64,000 bases of DNA. Source: an uncultured Planctomycetaceae bacterium. Lineage in GTDB: Bacteria; Planctomycetota; SZUA-567. Made by a program: the position numbers and the translations under genes. The stretch is from the NCBI GenBank assembly GCA_964457365.1, contig CAYWFP010000006.1:13329-77328 (forward strand), read 5' to 3'. Below the pieces are notes generated by a model. It saw only the letters and a list, made by a program, of their open reading frames with translations, was not told where the DNA came from and did no database searches. Positions 23,549 to 38,989 of this stretch are shown here, piece by piece. The first letter of the stretch is position 1; each line of letters opens with the position of its first letter.

Positions 23549-24889
23549 TCAGTCCTGCGGCCGGTCTTCGTCCTGTCCATCCTCGCCCTGCGCCTCGCGC
23601 TCGTGCGGATCGTGCTCCACCGGGTCCGGCGGCTCCCCGGCGCTATCCCGCCCTTCGCGCGCGTGCGGGTCCGGCTCGCTCGCCTCCGAGGTCTGCGGCT
23701 CGGGAGCGGCCGTCGCAGTCTTGTCGCCCATGTCCGCGCGCAGCTCCGGCGAGAGTTCGGGCGCCGCTTCGGGCTTGGGCGGGGTCAGCTCGCCGTTCCA
23801 CCACGCCACGAGGTAGAACCAGCACGCCATCAGCAGCGAGAGCACGATGAAGAGCACCGGGATGGCCAGGACGATCAGCACGACGATCAAGAACGTCCAG
23901 CCGAGGTAGTAGAGCACGCCGTGACGCTTTACCGCCTCGCGCGCCAGCACCACCCGCGTCTCGGCGCGCAGCCCGTGCGGCGCTTGCGGGCGCAGCGTCC
24001 AGACCAGCCGCGCCTCCTCGCGCATGTGCCGCGTCAGGTCCAGCCCCAGACGCAGGTTCTCGCGCAGGAAATACCCCAGCGGCTGCCCCGAGAGCGGATC
24101 CGCGCGCGGATCGATCATGACGCGCACCGCGCCGCGCTCGGTGTGGCGGGGCATGACCGCGGTGTCGCCCAGCCCCGGCTCGTTCTCGTTCAGCGCCTGC
24201 AGGGCGAACGTCAGCCGCTCCTTCTGCGCGCTCAGCAGCAGGTGATGCTCGAGGACCAGCACGTGGAACATCTTGCCGTTCTCGAGCTTGAAACGGAGGA
24301 ACTCGTACGAGGTCTCGGGCACAGCCACGGGCTCGAGCTCCTCGGCCGCCGCCTGCTTGATCTGCGCCAGCATCGCCGAGGGGTTCTCCGGCGCGAGCAC
24401 CAGCAGCAGATCGTACCCGGCCTTATCCCGGCGCGGCACCAGCCCCGCGCCGACGCCGCGGGCGCCGCTGGCGAGGCGTTCGAGGTCCAGCGCGTCGACG
24501 CCGAGGTGGCGCTCGCCCTTGTCGAGCCACCACTTCCACAAGCCGTGCACGCCGGCTTCCCCCTCGCCTTCCTTCCACAGCGGCAGGCGCGCAAGCGCCT
24601 TGCCCAGCGGCTGCGGGTCGTTGCACTGGAGGAAGAACTTCGTCCGCGGCGGGAAGAAACGCTGCGGATCGAAGTCCCCGCCGCGCGGCCAGACCAGCCA
24701 GATGATCAGCAGCACCGCCAGCGCCAGCAGCGCCCAGGTCAGCCGGCGCAAGTCCGACGGCGCCGACGAAGTCGCGGCCGGTGCCGGAGAAGACGGGGAC
24801 GGCCCGCCGGCCTCGCCGGCCGTGTCCGCGGACGCCGGGAACTCCGGCTGCGGAGGCTGCGGTTGCGTGGGATCCGACTCGTCGCTCAT
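23549..24889 (-). CDS. Hypothetical membrane protein with Pro/acidic-rich termini
   Basis: Start MSDESDPTQPQP with AGGAGAACGT RBS. One N-terminal and about three C-terminal TM segments. No recognisable domain. Confidence 0.55.
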   Translation of the reverse strand: MSDESDPTQPQPPQPEFPASADTAGEAGGPSPSSPAPAATSSAPSDLRRLTWALLALAVLLIIWLVWPRGGDFDPQRFFPPRTKFFLQCNDPQPLGKALARLPLWKEGEGEAGVHGLWKWWLDKGERHLGVDALDLERLASGARGVGAGLVPRRDKAGYDLLLVLAPENPSAMLAQIKQAAAEELEPVAVPETSYEFLRFKLENGKMFHVLVLEHHLLLSAQKERLTFALQALNENEPGLGDTAVMPRHTERGAVRVMIDPRADPLSGQPLGYFLRENLRLGLDLTRHMREEARLVWTLRPQAPHGLRAETRVVLAREAVKRHGVLYYLGWTFLIVVLIVLAIPVLFIVLSLLMACWFYLVAWWNGELTPPKPEAAPELSPELRADMGDKTATAAPEPQTSEASEPDPHAREGRDSAGEPPDPVEHDPHEREAQGEDGQDEDRPQD

Positions 24890-25042
24890 GACGTTCTCCT
24901 TTGAAACAACCGGCGCAATGCACCGGCGTGATGCGAACCCGGGGGCAAAAGCGGCGGCGTCGCCAAACCGGCCGCGCCCGCGGCGACCGCCCGAGTTATA
25001 CTCACGACGCGCCGTTTCTGTCAAGCGCGGGCGCGCGCGGAG

Positions 25043-25330
25043 CTACCATTCCGCCTCCGGCAAGTCGCAGACGAGCAGCCTGAACGACGCCCCGCAGGCA
25101 CGGCATTTGTAGTTCACCGTATCGCGCGTGTTCTTGCGCGCATAGGTCGCGCGCACCCCACCGGGCAGGTACAGCGCCCGGCAGACATGGCACGGCATGG
25201 GCGGGCGGCGCCAGTGGCATTCCGGCAACGGCTTCTCCGCGGGCCAGTAGCTGACCGTTTCGGCGGATTGGTTCGTCGCCGGCGCGACCAGCAACGCCTC
25301 GCCGCCCCGGGCACAATAGATGGTGTTCAC
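25043..25330 (-). CDS. Small Cys-rich zinc-ribbon-like protein (95 aa, GTG start)
   Basis: AGGAGG RBS 7 nt upstream of a GTG that overlaps the upstream stop (GTGA). C-terminal CHVC...CRAC zinc-ribbon-like motif. Confidence 0.5.
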   Translation of the reverse strand: MNTIYCARGGEALLVAPATNQSAETVSYWPAEKPLPECHWRRPPMPCHVCRALYLPGGVRATYARKNTRDTVNYKCRACGASFRLLVCDLPEAEW

Positions 25331-25701
25331 GCTACATCCTCCTGTCTGGCACAATCCTGCACCTCGTGATCATTCTCCCGCCGCGACGACGTGCCCGGAC
25401 GTCGCGCCCGGCGATGACGGTAGCGCCGCCGCGCGGCCGTCCGCGTTCCGAAACGCACCACGTCCGCCGGCCCCAGATCGTCCACCGCCGCGCCGATGGC
25501 CGGCTCGAGATACCGCCGCAGCACCGGCAGGTCCGCAACCGCCACCGCCCGGGCGTCGACCCGCATCTGCTGCACGCCGTACTCGATCACTTCGAACCCG
25601 CCCGGATCGTCGCGACCGCTTGGCCCGTAGTCGATCCACACCTCCAGGTCGGCCTCGACCCCGTCGAGTATCTCGACCGTCGCCTCCGCGCGCCACCGCA
25701 T
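25327..25701 (-). CDS. Hypothetical protein (124 aa) translationally coupled to the downstream zinc-ribbon protein
   Basis: ORF with an acidic N-half and an Arg-rich C-half; its stop TGA overlaps the next gene's GTG start. Confidence 0.45.
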   Translation of the reverse strand: MRWRAEATVEILDGVEADLEVWIDYGPSGRDDPGGFEVIEYGVQQMRVDARAVAVADLPVLRRYLEPAIGAAVDDLGPADVVRFGTRTAARRRYRHRRARRPGTSSRRENDHEVQDCARQEDVA

Positions 25702-25879
25702 GATACGCCTCCTATAACAAACGCCACGTCAATGCCTTGCTTCGCGGTCCCGGCCGCGACGACACGCCACCCGTTTCCCGCTTGCGCTGCGCCGGCAATG
25801 TGATACCGTTACTGCCGGTTTCTGCGCGTCCCGGCGAACCGTTTCGGCCGGACGCCGTTCGCCTCGGCCAGTGAAGCAA

Positions 25880-26125
25880 CCTGCGTAGAGCAGACTACAC
25901 TTATGGTTGTATTTAGTCAAGAATAAAAACACGTAAAAATCATCGATAATATTATAAAAGGATTCACTCGGTATCTTTTGATTAACTAATCGCATAAATA
26001 ACATAAGGATACGAACTCTCAATATTAAAAGTCGATGAATGTTTTTTTCTCGGCTATAAGTACTTATTGTATCTTCTATTAATGAATTTTTATCGATACC
26101 GCTTTTTCCGCCAATAACGAGGAGC
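25880..26125. other. AT-rich island (about 245 bp, roughly 25-30% GC) immediately upstream of der
   Basis: Sharp compositional break (ttatggttgtatttagtcaagaataaaaacacgtaaaaatcatcgataatattataaaagg...). No ORF of its own; several TTATCGATA-like words. Confidence 0.7.
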
Positions 26126-26129
26126 CTGC

Positions 26130-27485
26130 ATGCCTCCGTTATCCGTCGCCATTGTCGGCCGTCCGAACGTGGGCAAGTCCACGCTCTTCAACCGCCTTGT
26201 CGGCAGCCGCATCGCCATCGAGGCCGAGGTCCCCGGCGTCACGCGCGACCGGGTCACCTATCTGCTGAGCTTGGGCGAGCGCACCTTCGAGCTCTTGGAC
26301 ACCGGCGGCATCGGCATGGTCGACAGCCAGAAGCTCGAGGACCGCATCGAGAAGCAGATCGCCGTGGCCATCGAGGAGGCCGACGTCCTGATCTTCCTGG
26401 TCGACGCGCGCGACGAGGTCACCCCGCTGGACACGGAGGTGGCCGCGCGCCTGCGCAAGACCGAGAAGCCGGTCATCCTGGCGGCGAACAAGGTGGACAA
26501 CGCCCGCCTCGAGGACAAGCTGCCGAGCTTCCACGCTCTGGGCTTCGGCGACGCCATCGCCCTCAGCGCCAAGGAGAACCGCAATATCGACGACCTGGAG
26601 GGCGCCATCGTCGCCGCGCTGCCGCCGGCGGAGGAGGAGCCCGAGGACGCGCGGGGGCTGCCGCGCATCGCCTTCGTCGGACGCCGCAACGCCGGCAAGT
26701 CGACGGTGATCAACCAGCTCATCGGCAGCGAGCGGGTCATCGTCTCGGACATCCCCGGCACCACCCGCGACGCGGTGGACATCGTCATCGAGCGCGACGG
26801 CCGCCGCTTCGTCGCCATCGACACCGCCGGGCTGCGCCGCCGCAAGCAGTACGTCGACGTCATGGAGTTTTACGGCACGGTGCGCACCGAGCGCGCCATC
26901 CGCCGCGCCGACGCGGTGGTACTGCTGCTGGACGCGCTAGGGGAGATCAGCCAGATCGACCGGCGTATCGGCGGCATGGTCGTCGACGCGCACAAGCCCT
27001 GCATCGTCGCGCTGAACAAGTGGGACGCGGTCAAGGAGGAGAAGCCGACCGTCGCCGTGGCCGACTACCAGGACTACGTCGCCGACCGGCTGCCGGGGAT
27101 GTACTACTGCCGCCTGGCCGGCATCAGCGCGCAGACGGGCGAGAACATCTGGCCGCTGGTGGAGGCCGCGCACGAGCTGATCGCGCAGGCCGCGCGCGAG
27201 GTCAATACCGGGCGGGTGAACAAGGCGATCGAGCTGGCCTACGCCAAGCGCCGGCCCAAACCCCACAAGGGCCGCCTCGGCAAGATCTACTACGGCACGC
27301 AGGCGGGCGTCTCGCCGCCGACGTTCCTGCTCTTCTGCAACGACCCGGCCGCTTTCGACGGCAACTACCGGCGGTACCTGGCCAACCAGTTCCGCCAGCA
27401 CCTCGGCTACGAGGAGGTGCCGGTGAAGTTGATCTTCAAGGTCTCGCCGGACAAGGAGGTCGGGCGCTACGGGAGGCGCACGTGA
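26130..27485 (+). CDS. der: Ribosome-biogenesis GTPase Der (EngA), tandem GTPase domains plus KH-like domain
   Basis: Two G-domains (GRPNVGKST ... DTGG ... NKVD and GRRNAGKST ... DTAG ... NKWD); 451 aa. Confidence 0.95.
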   Translation: MPPLSVAIVGRPNVGKSTLFNRLVGSRIAIEAEVPGVTRDRVTYLLSLGERTFELLDTGGIGMVDSQKLEDRIEKQIAVAIEEADVLIFLVDARDEVTPLDTEVAARLRKTEKPVILAANKVDNARLEDKLPSFHALGFGDAIALSAKENRNIDDLEGAIVAALPPAEEEPEDARGLPRIAFVGRRNAGKSTVINQLIGSERVIVSDIPGTTRDAVDIVIERDGRRFVAIDTAGLRRRKQYVDVMEFYGTVRTERAIRRADAVVLLLDALGEISQIDRRIGGMVVDAHKPCIVALNKWDAVKEEKPTVAVADYQDYVADRLPGMYYCRLAGISAQTGENIWPLVEAAHELIAQAAREVNTGRVNKAIELAYAKRRPKPHKGRLGKIYYGTQAGVSPPTFLLFCNDPAAFDGNYRRYLANQFRQHLGYEEVPVKLIFKVSPDKEVGRYGRRT

Positions 27486-27943
27486 AGACGCTGCTCTTTC
27501 TCTGCACCGGCAACTACTTCCGCAGCCGCTTCGCCGAGGCGCTGTTCAATCGCCGTGCCGAAGAGGCCGGGCTGGACTGGCGCGCCGAGTCGCGCGGGCT
27601 GGCGCCGGGTCTGGCCGCCGGCAACATCGGGCCGGTCTCGCGTTTCACCGAGGACGGTCTGCGCGCGCGCGGCATCGCGCCCGAAACGCCCCCGCGGCAG
27701 CCGCGGCCGCTGACCGAGGAGGAGCTGCAAGCGGCGGACTTGGTGATCGGGCTCAAGGAAGCAGAGCACCGGCCGGCGCTGGAAACGCGCTTCCGGGCGC
27801 GCCCGGGCGTGGAGTTCTGGCAGATTCACGACATCGACGTCGCCGAACCGGAGGAATCGCTGGCGCTGATCGAACAGGAGGTGCACAAGCTGATCGCGCG
27901 GCTCTCCCCGGGCCGGAAGGGGGAGGTAGCGCCAGGCGATTAA
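27482..27943 (+). CDS. Low-molecular-weight protein-tyrosine phosphatase / ArsC-like (CX5R P-loop variant CTGNYFRS)
   Basis: GTG start overlapping the der stop (GTGA). N-terminal LFLCTGNYFRSRFAE fits the CX5R(S) P-loop. Length 153 aa is typical of LMW-PTP. Confidence 0.65.
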   Translation: MKTLLFLCTGNYFRSRFAEALFNRRAEEAGLDWRAESRGLAPGLAAGNIGPVSRFTEDGLRARGIAPETPPRQPRPLTEEELQAADLVIGLKEAEHRPALETRFRARPGVEFWQIHDIDVAEPEESLALIEQEVHKLIARLSPGRKGEVAPGD

Positions 27944-28254
27944 GGACCCGGTAAGAGAGTGTTCGGGTCGCGCAGCGCAAGCCGAAAGGTCGTGCCGATT
28001 GGTGAAGAGCAGACAGGAGATCGATGAGACGTGGGCGAGGATTGGCAACCTATCTCCGCACGCGCCAGAGGAATTCCTGCGATGGCAGATGATGGCCGGA
28101 CTGTCAACAAGACGATTATGTCGGCGGGATATGCTGGAGTTTTCTTCGTGCATGGGATAACATACGTGCTGAGGGTTTGGCTACGCCAAGGAAATGCGCT
28201 CGGGGCGCTTAGGGGGGCTCGGAGTTCCACACCAGATGAAGGAAGCATCGCAGG

Positions 28255-28947
28255 ATGGGCAATACCTCGCAGGGCAACAGACGAACCGACCTGTTTCTGA
28301 CCCACCGGTTGGAAGCGTTGACCGACGGCATCTTCGCCATCGCCATGACCATTCTCGTCCTCAGCATCGACGTGCCGTCGTTTCCCGACGACAAGCACCC
28401 GACGGCACAGGCGCTGATGGATCAACTTTTCGCGTTGAGACGTCCCCTGCAGGGATACGTCATCTCCTTCCTGCTGCTGGGAGCGTTCTGGATTCTGCAT
28501 CAGGAACAGGTCCGTCGCGTGGAGGTATGCACGGCCGGTTACCTGTGGCGCAACATGATCGGCCTGCTCTTCGTCTGTATCGTGCCGTTCTCGACCGAAC
28601 TGGTCAGCGAGTACGGCCATCTCCAGCCGGCTGCCGTCCTCTTCGAGATCAACATCCTGCTCATCGGCTTGACCTTCTGGCTGCAATGGCGTCACGCCGA
28701 CGCCCATCACCTTTTCGAACCCGCCTTCGAGCGGAAGGCGATTGTCGCCGCGACGCGCGCGAACCTCGCGCTGCCGGTCGTCTCGCTGCTGGCCATCGGA
28801 ATGGCTTTCTTCCTGCCGGACTGGAGTACGCTCGTCTACATGCTGACGCCGTGGGTAGCGTCCCTTCTCGGCAACCGGGGCAAGTCCGCGGCGGATTCGA
28901 TTCTCGACGATGGGGAAGAAGCGTCTCGCGACGCTCAACCCGATTGA
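28255..28947 (+). CDS. TMEM175/DUF1211-family putative potassium channel
   Basis: Signature RLEALTDGIFAIAMTILVL in TM1 and about six TM segments; 230 aa. Confidence 0.7.
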   Translation: MGNTSQGNRRTDLFLTHRLEALTDGIFAIAMTILVLSIDVPSFPDDKHPTAQALMDQLFALRRPLQGYVISFLLLGAFWILHQEQVRRVEVCTAGYLWRNMIGLLFVCIVPFSTELVSEYGHLQPAAVLFEINILLIGLTFWLQWRHADAHHLFEPAFERKAIVAATRANLALPVVSLLAIGMAFFLPDWSTLVYMLTPWVASLLGNRGKSAADSILDDGEEASRDAQPD

Positions 28948-29217
28948 CGATACGCCAGTATCATGACCGAATCCGCTTACAACTCAAACCGGAGAGCCGC
29001 CCGCTGCGCCATCCTGGCGAAGGGACCTCTCGACGAGGAGGAGTGGCACGGAGGTGGCCGCGGCCGGGTTCACCGCCGCGTTCACCACCATTCCCGGCGC
29101 CAACGGTCCGCGTACCGATCGCTATCGACTGCACCGGTACGAGGCGCACGAATTTCTCGCCGCGCGGCTGCGCCTCTCGTCGCCCTCGGAGACGCCGGGA
29201 TAAATGCTCGGCCGGAT

Positions 29218-29520
29218 TCAGGCCGAGGCCGGCGAGTCGATCTCTTCGACCGTGGCGGTGGTGTCGACGGTCTTCGCCGATTCGGGGTACATCGCCTCGT
29301 TCACCGCCCTGCCGGCCTTTTTGCCGATGTACCGGCCCAGTAGCGCGGAGCCGACGATGCTGATCATCCAGCCGCCGGGACCGAGGGTGTGCAGGGAGAG
29401 AACCCTCGCGTTCCAGAGCATGTGGCCCAGCGTCGCGCCACTGATGCCGCCGATCCACTTGCCGCCGATCTCGATGCGCGAAGCCTTGCTCGATCCGGTA
29501 ACCATTTTCAACAAGCCCAT
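29218..29520 (-). CDS. Hypothetical small glycine-zipper membrane protein
   Basis: 100 aa with GxxxG-rich hydrophobic segments (GGKWIGGISGATLG ... IVGSALLG). Confidence 0.4.
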   Translation of the reverse strand: MGLLKMVTGSSKASRIEIGGKWIGGISGATLGHMLWNARVLSLHTLGPGGWMISIVGSALLGRYIGKKAGRAVNEAMYPESAKTVDTTATVEEIDSPASA

Positions 29521-29684
29521 TATCCATCCTCCTTACGTGTTATTGCACTCGATCGAGGCGCCGCCGTCAACAACGAATACCGTTTGCGCGCTCCGATAAA
29601 TCGATCCCCTGTTATCGTATCGATCTGCGAGCCGGGTGAAAAGCTCCGATTCCGGATGTATCCAAAATGATGCCCGAAAGCGGG

Positions 29685-30488
29685 TTACGCCAACTGCCCG
29701 CCGTCGATCACGAACTCGCTGCCGGTGACGTAGCGGCTGGCGTCGCAAGCGAGGAAGCAGACCAGTTCGGCCACCTCGTCGCACTCCGCGAAGCGTTTCA
29801 GCGGAACCTTCTTCGCCATGTAGGCCCAGGCCGCCTCCTCGTCGCCGCCGCACTTCTCCAGCAGCTTCGGCCAGTAGGGCGCACGCGTGTAGAGATCGCT
29901 CCGCACGCCGCCCGGACAGATCGCGTTGACGCGCACGCCGTTCTCCAACTCCGCGCACTCCAGCGCCAGCGCGCGCGTCAAGAGACACGCGCCGCCTTTG
30001 CTGGCGCAGTACGCGCTCATCTCGGCCTTTGCTTTTTTGCCGAAGACCGAGGCGATATTGACAATGCTGCCGCCCTTGCGCATGGCGCGGATGCCGTGGC
30101 GCGAGCCGAGGAAGACGCCGTCGAGGTTGACCGAGAGCACGTCCCGCCAGCGCTTGTAGGTCAGCGACTTCAACGGCGTCTTCGGGGCGATGCCGGCGTT
30201 ATTCACCAGGATGCGGAGCACGCCCAGCTCGCGCTTGAGCGACTTCATCAGCTCTTTCCAGTTCGCTTCGTCCGCGACGTTGAGGACGTGAGTACGGAAC
30301 GGCCGGCCAATCATCTCCAGAGCGGCGGCGGTCTCGGCGAGGCGGTTGACGTCGATATCGGTGGCCATCACATGCGCGCCGCGACGGGCGAGCATCTCGC
30401 AGCAGGCGCGGCCGATACCGCTGGCCGCGCCGGTGACCAGGGCGACACGTTCGGCCAGGGGAGACGCGAGTTCGTCTTCTGCGCTCAT
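29685..30488 (-). CDS. SDR-family oxidoreductase (FabG-like ketoreductase)
   Basis: TGAASGIG cofactor motif, NNAG and the YCASK catalytic motif. Lies 10 nt downstream of the giant PKS gene on the same strand. Confidence 0.9.
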   Translation of the reverse strand: MSAEDELASPLAERVALVTGAASGIGRACCEMLARRGAHVMATDIDVNRLAETAAALEMIGRPFRTHVLNVADEANWKELMKSLKRELGVLRILVNNAGIAPKTPLKSLTYKRWRDVLSVNLDGVFLGSRHGIRAMRKGGSIVNIASVFGKKAKAEMSAYCASKGGACLLTRALALECAELENGVRVNAICPGGVRSDLYTRAPYWPKLLEKCGGDEEAAWAYMAKKVPLKRFAECDEVAELVCFLACDASRYVTGSEFVIDGGQLA

Positions 30489-30498
30489 CGTCGACCTT

Positions 30499-37755
<7,257 letters not shown>

Positions 37756-37850
37756 CCCCGCGCGGGCATAGGCCAGGACATGAAAGGAGGCGTCAAGCTG
37801 GATGCGGATGAGATCCCCCTTTCGTCATACCGGCGCGCAAAACGGCCGGC

Positions 37851-38603
37851 TCAATCGACAGCCTTCGCCGTTTTCCCGTTTAGCGTGAAGATCGGCGTGA
37901 CCACGTACCCGATGTTCTGGAACAGCCGGCAGCGGGTGTCGAGTCGGATTCGCGGATACAGATCCATGAAAAGCTGCTTGAGCATTCCCTGTTCGCTCTC
38001 GGGAGCCTCCGGAACCACCGGCAATTCGCACGCGCGCACGAAGACCTCCCGGGCGAAAGCCGTCTCGGCGATCCAGATGCCGCCGTTCAAGTAACGGAAC
38101 TCGCTGCCCTCATCGGCGACGCGTTCCTCGAATTCCTTGAAGCGTTTGACATTCGGCCAGTTGAGCCGGTCGGCGCCGAAGAGCATGGCGCAGTCGAAGT
38201 CCAGCTCGAAACCGTCGACGATGCGGTGCGGATCGTCGATAACGATGGCGTCGCGCGAGTCGATATAGAGCGTGTACTTCGTGGGGATCTCCTGCAAAGC
38301 CGCGTGCAGCACGCGCGGTTTGTCGCGACTGTTGACCCACGGATCGACCCCCTGGCCGTGTACCCGCACCGGTACGCCCAGATGCGCGAGGCTCTCCTCG
38401 AGAGCGCCCATGGCTTCGTGGCCGTTGTTACAGGTAATGACGGTGGTATCGCGGAGAGGGCCGACCTCTCGTTTCGGCGAGGCGTAGAACCATTGCTTGA
38501 TCGGCTGCCAGTGGACCTTGTGCGTATGCGGTCCCTGGGCGTGGATCACCACCGGGTGCGTATCGAAGAGCGTATTGGTCAGCACGCGCGGCCTCTTCGT
38601 CAC
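37851..38603 (-). CDS. Hypothetical protein (250 aa) in PKS operon; possible GT-A-like/nucleotide-sugar transferase fold (weak)
   Basis: GTG start overlapping the ACP stop (ATGTGA). Contains YIDSRDAIVIDD (DxD-like). No confident homology. Confidence 0.5.
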   Translation of the reverse strand: MTKRPRVLTNTLFDTHPVVIHAQGPHTHKVHWQPIKQWFYASPKREVGPLRDTTVITCNNGHEAMGALEESLAHLGVPVRVHGQGVDPWVNSRDKPRVLHAALQEIPTKYTLYIDSRDAIVIDDPHRIVDGFELDFDCAMLFGADRLNWPNVKRFKEFEERVADEGSEFRYLNGGIWIAETAFAREVFVRACELPVVPEAPESEQGMLKQLFMDLYPRIRLDTRCRLFQNIGYVVTPIFTLNGKTAKAVD

Positions 38604-38911
38604 ATCTTCTGCGGACCGCTCGGCTGGGCGGAATGATCGGTCGTCTCGTGGATGAAGGAGGCCAATGTATCCAAGCTCAGATCGCCGACGTACTTGCCGT
38701 CTTTCATCAGGAGCTGCTCGTACGGCAGGCGGCAGTCGAAATGCATATCCAGCGACGCCAGAAGATGCAACACATCGACGGAGGTGAAGCCCAAATCCTC
38801 GCCCAATCGAGTCTCAGGATCGAGACGTATATCGTCGAGATCCCAGTCCGACACCATCTGGCCGACGACCTCGGTCGTGCCGGCCATAACCTCGTCCTTG
38901 CTCAAGGACAT
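38600..38911 (-). CDS. Stand-alone acyl carrier protein
   Basis: 103 aa with the phosphopantetheine-site motif DLGFTSVDVLHLLASL. Confidence 0.75.
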   Translation of the reverse strand: MSLSKDEVMAGTTEVVGQMVSDWDLDDIRLDPETRLGEDLGFTSVDVLHLLASLDMHFDCRLPYEQLLMKDGKYVGDLSLDTLASFIHETTDHSAQPSGPQKM

Positions 38912-38989
38912 AACGTGATCCTTTCCGATGACAATATGCGTGGCATCAACCTTGGCGGCGATTATAGTCCGCCATCTGCGATTGACCAG

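Noticed and set aside
27938-27958. ttaaggacccggtaag resembling the MITE terminal repeat (ttaaggacccgttaag)
   Set aside because: It is only a 15/16-nt match, with no inverted partner nearby. It is likely chance or a degraded solo end, and too weak to call.
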